Source: an uncultured Actinomycetes bacterium (GTDB lineage Bacteria; Actinomycetota; UBA4738; JACQTL01). From it: a stretch of DNA of 64,000 nucleotides. The notes under the pieces were generated by a model. The model had not been told where the DNA came from. It worked only from the letters and a program-made list of their open reading frames with translations, and searched no databases. The stretch covers positions 31,312 through 95,311 of the forward strand of contig CAVYXG010000009.1 of NCBI GenBank assembly GCA_963772375.1. Direction: 5' to 3'. This document shows, one piece after another, positions 30,819-38,682 of this stretch. The translations under genes and the position numbers were made by a program. Position 1 is the stretch's first letter. Every line of letters starts with the position of its first letter.

Positions 30819-31248
30819 CCCGGTCTCCCACCTCGACGCCGTGCCCCGCGAAGAACCCCTGGTGCGCCTCGATCGCCCCGACGAACGGCGCGTCCGGCCG
30901 GTACGTCGGGCACGGATCGGCCGTGCAGGGCGGCATGTCCATCAGCGACAGGATCCGGCCGTCCGCCCCCCAGAACGCGATCGACAGCGGCGTCGGCGTG
31001 TCCTTCATCCAGAACGCGGTGTGGGTCGGCCCCTCGAACAGGAACGCCATCCCGCCGTCGGCCGCGAGGTCGTTGACGCCCTGCAGGCCGCGTTCCCGCA
31101 CCGTGTCGGTGTCGGCGACGCGGACGTGCAGCGTGACCGGCCCGGAGGGCGTCGATATCCTCGCCTCGGCCCGCGCGGCGGACGCGGACGAGCAGGCGGC
31201 GAGCCCCAGGGCCGCGGCCGCGGCGAGTGGAACGAAGGCACCGCGCAC
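30799..31248 (-). CDS. DUF192 family lipoprotein
   Basis: LAAC lipobox; VADT..RERGL, GMAFLF, FWMKDT..PLSIAF, PPC..DPCP.Y. Confidence 0.9.
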   Translation of the reverse strand: MRGAFVPLAAAAALGLAACSSASAARAEARISTPSGPVTLHVRVADTDTVRERGLQGVNDLAADGGMAFLFEGPTHTAFWMKDTPTPLSIAFWGADGRILSLMDMPPCTADPCPTYRPDAPFVGAIEAHQGFFAGHGVEVGDRVAIVLP

Positions 31249-31378
31249 GTTCCCATGCTCGCACGCCGGGGACGCTTCCGGCCGGTTCGGCGGCCCGCCC
31301 GCCCCGGGCGGCTTGCCCGTGTGCCGCGGGACCGCTGCCGCACGTCCCCCCGGTCGCGCTCACTAGCATGGCGACGAC

Positions 31379-32377
31379 ATGGCCTCGTCGGACGGGTTGG
31401 CCCGGCGGCTCCGGCTCCCGGTGCTGGGGGTGGTGCTGGTCTACGCGTACGGCGTCGCCGGCTACCTGCTGTTCGGGTTCGGCTGGGTTGACGCGGTGAC
31501 GCAGACGGCCCTGGCGCTGACGACGGTGGGGTTCTCGATCCAGGTGCCGCTCTCGAACGGCGAGAAGCTGTTCACGGCGAGCCTGGCGCTGGCGGGCGTG
31601 AGCCTGTTCCTGATCCTGCTGGCCGTGCTGGGGGCCGGGCTGGTGGAGGGCAACTACCTCCAGGCGGGGAGGAGACGACGCATGCAGTCGCGGATCGATC
31701 GAATGCGGGACCACTACATCGTGTGCGCATACGGCCGGGTCGGCCAGACCGTGGCCCGGGAGCTCGAGTCGGAGGGCGTGCCGTTCGCGGTCATCGAGCA
31801 GCGCGAGGACCTCGAGGACCTCATGCGCTACGACGACGTCCCCTACCTCGTGGGGTCGCCGTCGACGGAGTCCGTGCTCCGGCTGGCCGGGGTCGAACGC
31901 GCTCGAGGCCTGGTGTGCGCGGTCGACTCCGACACCGAGAACGTCTACATCGCGCTCACCGCGCGGTCGCTCAACCCGGGCATCTTCATCGTGGCCCGGG
32001 CCGGCAAGCCCGAGTCGCCCGCCCGCCTGCTCAGAGCCGGGGCGAACCGCGTGATCTCGCCGTACGTCACGAGCGGCCGGCACATGGCCGTGCTGGCCGT
32101 CCACCCGGAGGTCACCGACTACCTGGACCTCGAGGGGGCGACGGGGGGCGTCCGCCTGGAGCAGCTGGTGATCGAGCCGTCCTCGCCGCTCGTCGGGCAG
32201 ACGCTCGAGGAGGCGTGCGGCGACGCCGTGCCGATGCTGCTGCTCCGCCCGACCGGCGAGCGGATCCCCAATCCGGCCCCCGGCGAACGCGTCCGCGAGG
32301 GCGACCTCGTGATCGTGTTCGGCGAGAGCGCCCAGCCGGGGGCCGGACGGCCCGAGTCCCTGGGCCGGAGGGCCTGA
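31379..32377 (+). CDS. Potassium channel with TrkA-N/TrkA-C (RCK) domains
   Basis: TTVGF pore motif; HYIVCAYGRVG; AGANRVISPY. Confidence 0.9.
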   Translation: MASSDGLARRLRLPVLGVVLVYAYGVAGYLLFGFGWVDAVTQTALALTTVGFSIQVPLSNGEKLFTASLALAGVSLFLILLAVLGAGLVEGNYLQAGRRRRMQSRIDRMRDHYIVCAYGRVGQTVARELESEGVPFAVIEQREDLEDLMRYDDVPYLVGSPSTESVLRLAGVERARGLVCAVDSDTENVYIALTARSLNPGIFIVARAGKPESPARLLRAGANRVISPYVTSGRHMAVLAVHPEVTDYLDLEGATGGVRLEQLVIEPSSPLVGQTLEEACGDAVPMLLLRPTGERIPNPAPGERVREGDLVIVFGESAQPGAGRPESLGRRA

Positions 32378-33465
32378 TGATGCCGGTCGAGCGCGGGGCG
32401 GGAACGGGGGACGGCCCGCCGTCGGGCTCCCGGCGGAGGAGCTGGGAGGTCGCCGTCCTGGTGGCGGCCGGGGCGGCGATCGGGGTCGGCGTCGCGGCGC
32501 GACGCTCCGCCCGCCGAGCCCCGCCGTCGGCCGGCGACGGGCTGCGGCAGCTGTCGTGGGTCGGCCGGCGGCTCGACCCCTACCGGCTCCACGCCGATCC
32601 CGGCCTCGCGATCCCGCCGCTGCCGCCAGCCCGGGTCGTGATGGTCCCGGGCCGTGGCGAGGTGTTCGTGCGGCATGCGCCCCGGGACGAGGGCGTGCCG
32701 ATCGTCCTGCTGCACGGGTGGATGGCGACCGCCGACCTGAACTGGTTCCTGCTGTACGAGGCCCTCGCCGCGCACCACACCGTCGTCGCTCCGGACCTCC
32801 GGGGGCACGGCCGGGGCATCCGGAGCTTCGGGGCGTTCTCGATCGAGGACTGCGCCGACGACACCGCGGGTGCGCTCCGCGCGCTCGGAGTGAACCGCGC
32901 CGTGGTGGTCGGCTACTCCATGGGCGGGCCGGTCGCGCTCGAGCTGTGGCGGCGGCACCCGGACCTGGTCTCGGGGCTGGTGCTGGAGGCGACCGGGCTG
33001 CAATTCGCCTCCACACAGCTGCAGCAGAGGGCCTGGCGCCTGCTCGGCGCGACCGGCGTGCTGCTCCGGTGGCCGACCGGGCGGATGATCCTGTTCCGTC
33101 TGGGGGGCGGACTGGACGACCTGCCGGGCGAGCTCCTGACCTACCGGGGGTGGGCGGACGGCGAGTTCCGCCGGAACGACCCGATGGAGATGGTGGAGGC
33201 CGGCCGGGCGCTCAGCCGGTTCGACGCGCGGTCGTACGCGTCGACGGTCGATGTTCCGACCGCCGTGGTCGTCACGACCCGCGACCGGCTGGTGCCGCCC
33301 GTCGAGCAGCGCGCGCTGGCCCGGGCCACGCGGGCGCGGGTGTTCGAGTTCCATGCGGACCATTCGGCGGTAGCGATGCACCCGTCGGAGTTCGCCGAGG
33401 TCACGCTCCGGGCCATCGCGGCCGTCTCCGGACCGGCCGAGCTGGACATGCCGGCCACCCGCTGA
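32377..33465 (+). CDS. Alpha/beta hydrolase
   Basis: LLHGW, PDLRGHG, GYSMGG nucleophile elbow, D and H candidates. Confidence 0.88.
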   Translation: MMPVERGAGTGDGPPSGSRRRSWEVAVLVAAGAAIGVGVAARRSARRAPPSAGDGLRQLSWVGRRLDPYRLHADPGLAIPPLPPARVVMVPGRGEVFVRHAPRDEGVPIVLLHGWMATADLNWFLLYEALAAHHTVVAPDLRGHGRGIRSFGAFSIEDCADDTAGALRALGVNRAVVVGYSMGGPVALELWRRHPDLVSGLVLEATGLQFASTQLQQRAWRLLGATGVLLRWPTGRMILFRLGGGLDDLPGELLTYRGWADGEFRRNDPMEMVEAGRALSRFDARSYASTVDVPTAVVVTTRDRLVPPVEQRALARATRARVFEFHADHSAVAMHPSEFAEVTLRAIAAVSGPAELDMPATR

Positions 33466-33569
33466 CCCGCGACGCCGAAGGCCCCACGCCGAGGGGGCAC
33501 TTGGACACCATCCGGCCGCCCACGCCGGCACGACCATGATCTCGGGACGCCCCGGGAACCGGGTGGGAG

Positions 33570-34982
33570 GTGGCGGCGGTGCGGTACGGCGAGGCGGTGT
33601 CGGGGCGCGATGCGGCGTTCTTCTTCCTGGAGGGCCGGACCACCCCGTACCACATGGCGGCCCTCGGGCTCGTCGAGGGGCCACTGCCCCCATACGACGA
33701 GGTCCTCGACGCGGTCGGGCCCAGGCTGGCCCTGCTGCCGCGGTTCCGCCAGCGGCTCGCATACCCCTTCGGCCGGGGCCGGCCGGTCTGGGTGGAGGAC
33801 TCGGACCTCGATCTCGCGTTCCACGTGCGAACGGCGACGGTTCCCGCCCCCGGGTTCGAACGCGACCTCCGCGGCGTCGTCGCGGTGCTCATGGAGGCCC
33901 ACCTCGACCGGCACCGGCCGCTGTGGGAGCTGTGGGTGCTGGACGGCCTCGCCGGCGGTGACTGGGCGTTCCTGCTGAAGGTCCACCATTCCCTGGTCGA
34001 CGGGGTGGGGGGCATCGCGGTGGCGGACGCCTTGTTCGACGACCGGCCGCACCCCCGCCGCCCAAGCGGTGGGGGAGAGCCCGCCGCGGAGCACCCGCCG
34101 ACGCCCGGTGGCCTCCAACTGGCCGCCGACGTGCTGCTCGACCGGCTGATCCGTCCGGCGCGGCTGGCCCGCGACGCGCTGCGGGCCGGTCGCCACCCGG
34201 CGCGGCTGGCCCGGACCGCCCTCACCCTCGCTGCCGCGGTCGAGAGCCTCGTCGAGGCGGGCGTCCGCCCAGCCCCTCGGGTCCCGTGCAACGGCCTGAT
34301 CGGCCCCAACCGGACGTTCGAGCTCGCCGAAGTCCCGCTGCAGGACCTCAAGGACGTGAAGAACGCCCTCGGGGGCACGGTGAACGACGTCGTGCTGGCG
34401 GTGGTGTCGGGCGGCCTCCGGTCGTGGCTCCTCGCCCGCGGCCTGGAGATCGACGGCCTCGGGATGAAGGCCCTCGTCCCGATCTCCATGCGCCGCCCCG
34501 GCGCCGACGTCCGGCAGGGGAACCTCGTGGCCGGTGTCATCGCGCCGCTCCCGGTGGGGGAGCCCGACCCCGCGGAGCGTCTCCGGATCGTCCGCGATGC
34601 CACGGCGCGGGCGAAGGGCTCGTCCCAGGCCGCCGGCACCGCCATGCTGCTCGAGCTGCCCTCGCTCCTGCCGGCGGCGCTCACGCGGGGCGTGGCGGCC
34701 GCGCAGCGGGTCCAGCGGTTCTTCAACCTGTCCATGACGAACGTCCGCGGCTCCGAGGGCCCCCTGTACGTGGCCGGCCGCCGGATCCGGTCGTTCGTCC
34801 CGGTCCCGCCCCTCTCGGCGAACGCCGGGCTGATCGTCGGCGCCATGTCCTACGACGGCGCGATGACCTTCGGGTTGCTCGCGGACCCGGTCCTCGTGCC
34901 CGATCTCGCCGTGATCGCCGAGGGCATCGAGAAGTCCGCCGCCGAGCTCCTCCACGTCGCGGCCGAAGGAGGTTCGCCATGA
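33570..34982 (+). CDS. Wax ester/triacylglycerol synthase (WS/DGAT)
   Basis: PRFRQRL, RPLWE, HHSLVDG catalytic motif, TVNDV, TNVRG. Confidence 0.93.
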   Translation: MAAVRYGEAVSGRDAAFFFLEGRTTPYHMAALGLVEGPLPPYDEVLDAVGPRLALLPRFRQRLAYPFGRGRPVWVEDSDLDLAFHVRTATVPAPGFERDLRGVVAVLMEAHLDRHRPLWELWVLDGLAGGDWAFLLKVHHSLVDGVGGIAVADALFDDRPHPRRPSGGGEPAAEHPPTPGGLQLAADVLLDRLIRPARLARDALRAGRHPARLARTALTLAAAVESLVEAGVRPAPRVPCNGLIGPNRTFELAEVPLQDLKDVKNALGGTVNDVVLAVVSGGLRSWLLARGLEIDGLGMKALVPISMRRPGADVRQGNLVAGVIAPLPVGEPDPAERLRIVRDATARAKGSSQAAGTAMLLELPSLLPAALTRGVAAAQRVQRFFNLSMTNVRGSEGPLYVAGRRIRSFVPVPPLSANAGLIVGAMSYDGAMTFGLLADPVLVPDLAVIAEGIEKSAAELLHVAAEGGSP

Positions 34983-36136
34983 CCGACGTCCTGATCCCTC
35001 GAACAGGGGCGGTCTCCGTTCGGCCGGTCCGGACGCGGGACGAGCTCCGCGAGTTCCTGCGTCTGCCCCATCGGCTCTACGCGCTGGATCGCAACTGGGT
35101 TGCGCCTCTGAACGGGGAGATCCGGGCGAAGCTCGACCCCCGGCGCGGGCCCTTCTTCGAACACGGCAACGCGCGGCTGTTCCTGGCCCGGCGGGGCGGG
35201 CGCACCGTCGGACGGATCTCCGCGCAGGTCGACCGCCGTCACAACGCGTTCCACTCGATGTCCCAGAGGATCGATTCGACCGGGTTCTGGGGGTTCTTCG
35301 AGTGCGAGGAGGATCCGGAGGCGGCCGGGGCGCTGTTCGACGCGGCCGGGCGATGGCTGGGCGAGCGCGGGATGTCGGTCATGGTCGGCCCGGCCTCGTT
35401 CACGCTCAACGACGAGGCCGGCCTGCTGGTCGACGGGTTCGACAGCCCGCCGATGCTGCTGATGACCTACAACCCGCCCGGGTACGCGCGGCTGATCGAG
35501 GGGGCGGGGTTCGAGGGCGTGCAGGACCTGCTCGCGTACCGGCTGGACACCACCGCCGAGCCGCCGCCGCAGGTCGTCGAGGAGGCCCGTGTGGCCGCAC
35601 GGCAGTTCTCGTTCCGATCCATCCGCATGCACGACTTCGAGGCGGAGATGCGGCGGTTCCTCGGCGTGTACAACGTCGCATGGGAGCGCAACTGGGGCTT
35701 CTGCCCGATGACCGAACGCGAGATCCGCGAGCATGCCAAGGCGCTGAAGCCCGTCCTCGACCCCGACCTCGTGCTCGTGGGCGAGTCGGGCGGGGAGGTG
35801 GCCGCCGTGGCGCTCACCGTCCCCAACGTCAACGAGGTGCTGGTCCGGGCGCGCGGCCGGCTGGGCCCGGTCACCCTGTCCCGGCTGCTGTGGCGGGGCC
35901 GTCGCCGGCGGTGGGACAGCTGCCGGGTCGTCGCGCTGGGGGTCCGGCCGGAGTTCCGGCAGACGGGGATCGGCGCGCAGCTGTACGTCGAGACGCTCGC
36001 CGCGGCCCGCCGGGGTGGGTACCGGTGGGGGGAGATGAGCTGGATCCTCGAGTCGAACGCCCCGATGAACCGGGCCATCCGGCGCATGGGCGGGACCGTG
36101 TACAAGACCTACCGGATGTACGCCCGCCCGGTCTGA
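34979..36136 (+). CDS. Tandem-GNAT acyltransferase, YghO/bacterial ceramide synthase-like
   Basis: GRISA, GFFEC, GPASFTLNDEAGLLVDGFDSPP..MTYNP, NWGFCP, SWILESN.PM; ATGA overlap. Confidence 0.8.
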   Translation: MTDVLIPRTGAVSVRPVRTRDELREFLRLPHRLYALDRNWVAPLNGEIRAKLDPRRGPFFEHGNARLFLARRGGRTVGRISAQVDRRHNAFHSMSQRIDSTGFWGFFECEEDPEAAGALFDAAGRWLGERGMSVMVGPASFTLNDEAGLLVDGFDSPPMLLMTYNPPGYARLIEGAGFEGVQDLLAYRLDTTAEPPPQVVEEARVAARQFSFRSIRMHDFEAEMRRFLGVYNVAWERNWGFCPMTEREIREHAKALKPVLDPDLVLVGESGGEVAAVALTVPNVNEVLVRARGRLGPVTLSRLLWRGRRRRWDSCRVVALGVRPEFRQTGIGAQLYVETLAAARRGGYRWGEMSWILESNAPMNRAIRRMGGTVYKTYRMYARPV

Positions 36137-36152
36137 CCCCCCTGAACCGGGG

Positions 36153-37463
36153 TCAGCGCGGCGTCGGCACCTCGTCCGACGCGAGCGGGGCCGGCGGCAT
36201 GGCCTCGTCGGCCGCCTCGGCGTCGGCAGCGTCGGCCTCGATGCGGTCGGCCGGCTCGCGGAGGCTCCGCAGCCGCCCGTAGATCGGGAGCGTGAGGAGC
36301 GTGAACAGCCCACCCACGACGAACCCCGCCGGCACCGAGCGCTCCTGCGACAGCCATCCCAGCCCGGTCTGGCCGCCGACGCTCCCCAGGCTCCCCACGA
36401 GCGAGTCGAACGACACCAGCGTGGCGCGTTCCGACGTCGGGATCGACCGGTGCAGGTACGTCTGCCGAACCGGCCCGCCGAGGCCGCCCGCCACCGCCCC
36501 CAGCAGGAATACGGGCACCGCGATCCAGAACGTCCGGAAGGTCCCCGTCGCCACCATGGTTGCGCTGGACACTGCGGAGGTCCACAGCAGGATCGTGGTC
36601 CGGCGTCGTCCCGGCGTGGCGAACCGCCGCACCAGCTGGTTCCCGACGATGCCGGCCAGCGCGAACAGCGAGGCGATGAGGCCGGACAGCCAGATGGCGT
36701 TCCGCCCGAACAGCTGGAGGAAGTAGGGCTGCCACGCGTACCAGGCCCACGAGAAGAAGCCGTACGAGACGAACGACTGCAGCACCAGCAGGCGAACCGC
36801 CGGCTTGCGCCACCCGTAGGTCATGCCAGCCCGGGCCACCCTGCCCATCTCGCCGGCCACGCCCCGCACGTGCAGTGCCCGAGGCGTGAACCCGACGTCG
36901 AACATCGTCCGGAACCCGACGACGAACGCGATCAGGACGAGGGCGGTGCGCGCGAGGTACGGCGCCGACAGGTTCAGCTGTCCGAGCAGGCCGCCGAGGA
37001 TGGTCCCGGCGATCATCGCGACGCTCGACACGGTGGACGCCCGGGCGAACACGCCGTCGAGCTCCTTCGTGTACCCGGTGGCGTGCAGCGCGTCGACGAG
37101 CCAGGCCTCGACGGCGCCCGAGTAGAACGTGTAGCCCAGGCCGAGGATCACGCCCGCCAGGCAGAACAGCGCCAGACCGCCGTGGATCGCGGCCACGCCC
37201 ACGTAGGCCAGGGTCCCCACGGCGAGCGTGGCCTCCGACAGCAGGAACGACACCCGCCGTCCCAGCGTGTCGGCGACGACGCCGGTCGGGATCTCGAGCA
37301 GCGCCATCGCCGCCGTGAACGCCGCGTTCGCGACGAACACCTCGAAGATCGACAGCCCCGCGTGCAGCAGGAACAGCGTGTTGATGCCCCAGATGAGCGA
37401 GGCGGACAGCGTGAACAGCCCGGTCAGCACGAGGTAGCTCCGGATGACCCGCCGTGGATCCAT
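36153..37463 (-). CDS. MFS transporter
   Basis: EIPTGVVADTLGRR motif A; about 12 TM segments. Confidence 0.92.
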   Translation of the reverse strand: MDPRRVIRSYLVLTGLFTLSASLIWGINTLFLLHAGLSIFEVFVANAAFTAAMALLEIPTGVVADTLGRRVSFLLSEATLAVGTLAYVGVAAIHGGLALFCLAGVILGLGYTFYSGAVEAWLVDALHATGYTKELDGVFARASTVSSVAMIAGTILGGLLGQLNLSAPYLARTALVLIAFVVGFRTMFDVGFTPRALHVRGVAGEMGRVARAGMTYGWRKPAVRLLVLQSFVSYGFFSWAWYAWQPYFLQLFGRNAIWLSGLIASLFALAGIVGNQLVRRFATPGRRRTTILLWTSAVSSATMVATGTFRTFWIAVPVFLLGAVAGGLGGPVRQTYLHRSIPTSERATLVSFDSLVGSLGSVGGQTGLGWLSQERSVPAGFVVGGLFTLLTLPIYGRLRSLREPADRIEADAADAEAADEAMPPAPLASDEVPTPR

Positions 37464-37590
37464 GCCGTCAGCATGAACCACGCCGACCGCGGATTCGATT
37501 CCGTTCCTCCGCGGCATTCCGCCACGGGCGTGCCGTCGGCCCGGCCGCGCCACGGCCGGTCGTCGCCGTCGCCGGTGGGAACGCCCGGAG

Positions 37591-37638
37591 AATACCGTGG
37601 TCCTACGGATGCTCCGTGCGTCGCCCGCGGTCCACACT
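37591..37638 (+). promoter_or_regulatory. Candidate operator (CCGTGG-TC-CTACGG) plus -10 box (CACACT) of a leaderless promoter
   Basis: Imperfect palindrome at 37595-37608; CACACT at 37633-38, 7 nt before ATG 37646; no SD. Confidence 0.4.
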
Positions 37639-37645
37639 CCCGCAC

Positions 37646-38260
37646 ATGGAAGGAACCGGTGTGGCCGGGCGGCTCCTCGAGGCGATCGTCGCCCGCGACT
37701 TCGACGGGATCGGGGCGCTCGCGGCGCCGGAGGCGCGTCTCCGGTACCTGATCCCGTCCGGGTCCGGCGAGTCGAACGGCCCCGGGGAGGTGGCGGCGCG
37801 GTTCCGGGAGTGGTTCGGCGAGGTGGACGCCTCGGAGGTCCTCGATGCCGGAGTCGAGGAGCTGCCGGGGCGATCCTCGGTCCGGTACCGAGTCCGGCTT
37901 CGCGAGCACGGCGAGTGGTACGTGGCCGAGCAGCAGGCGTACGTGACGGTCGGTGACGACGGGCGGATCGCGGTGATCGACCTCCTGTGCTCCGGGTTCC
38001 GGACCCTGCCCGATCGGGGCCCGGGAACCGCGTCGCACGAGTTCGACGCCGGCCGTCTCGGGTGCGCCGACGGTCTCGCGGGGGAGTTCCGGCGGCGGAT
38101 CGCGGCGATCCCGGTGGGCGACGTGCTGGTCGTTCGCACCACGGATGCGGCGGCCAAGGCGGACCTGCCGCCCCTCGCCAGGATGATGGGTCACACGGTG
38201 CGTTCGGTAGAGGCCGCAGGTCCAGCGGGCCTCGTGATCAGCGTGGAGCGTGGACGATGA
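37646..38260 (+). CDS. SnoaL/NTF2-like domain fused to a TusA/SirA sulfur-carrier domain
   Basis: N-terminal ARDFD..FREWF..DLLCSGF; C-terminal FDAGRLGC...GDVLVVRTTD..AKADLP..ARMMGH. Confidence 0.72.
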   Translation: MEGTGVAGRLLEAIVARDFDGIGALAAPEARLRYLIPSGSGESNGPGEVAARFREWFGEVDASEVLDAGVEELPGRSSVRYRVRLREHGEWYVAEQQAYVTVGDDGRIAVIDLLCSGFRTLPDRGPGTASHEFDAGRLGCADGLAGEFRRRIAAIPVGDVLVVRTTDAAAKADLPPLARMMGHTVRSVEAAGPAGLVISVERGR

Positions 38261-38625
38261 GCGAGCTGTTGATCTTCAACTGCACCCACGGAGCGGAGGA
38301 CCCCGAGCGGGCCACGCTGCCGTTCGTCGCGGCCAACGTCGCGGCGACCGCGGGCCAGGACGCGGTCGTGCTCTGCACGATCGACGCGGTCTGGATCGGA
38401 ACGGAGGGAGGCGCCGACCGGATCGCCCAGCCGGGCCTCCCGGCATTGGCCGAGCTGTACCGGGAGTTCGTCGACAACGGGGGGACGGTGTGGCTGTGCG
38501 GGGCCTGCACGAAGCCCCGCGGGATCGGCGAGGAGCAGCTGGTGAAGGGCGCGACGATCGTGGGCGCCGCCCGGGTCGTCGAGGAGGTCGTGGCGGGGGC
38601 CCGGACGATCGCCTTCGCCGGCTGA
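38257..38625 (+). CDS. DsrE/DsrF-like protein
   Basis: THGAEDPERATLPF, VWLCGACTKPRG, GAARVVE; ATGA overlap. Confidence 0.88.
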   Translation: MSELLIFNCTHGAEDPERATLPFVAANVAATAGQDAVVLCTIDAVWIGTEGGADRIAQPGLPALAELYREFVDNGGTVWLCGACTKPRGIGEEQLVKGATIVGAARVVEEVVAGARTIAFAG

Positions 38626-38682
38626 CGCCGCCGTGCCTCGGGCCTGGCCCGTCCGGACCGGCGGCCGTAGCCTCTTGCCGGG

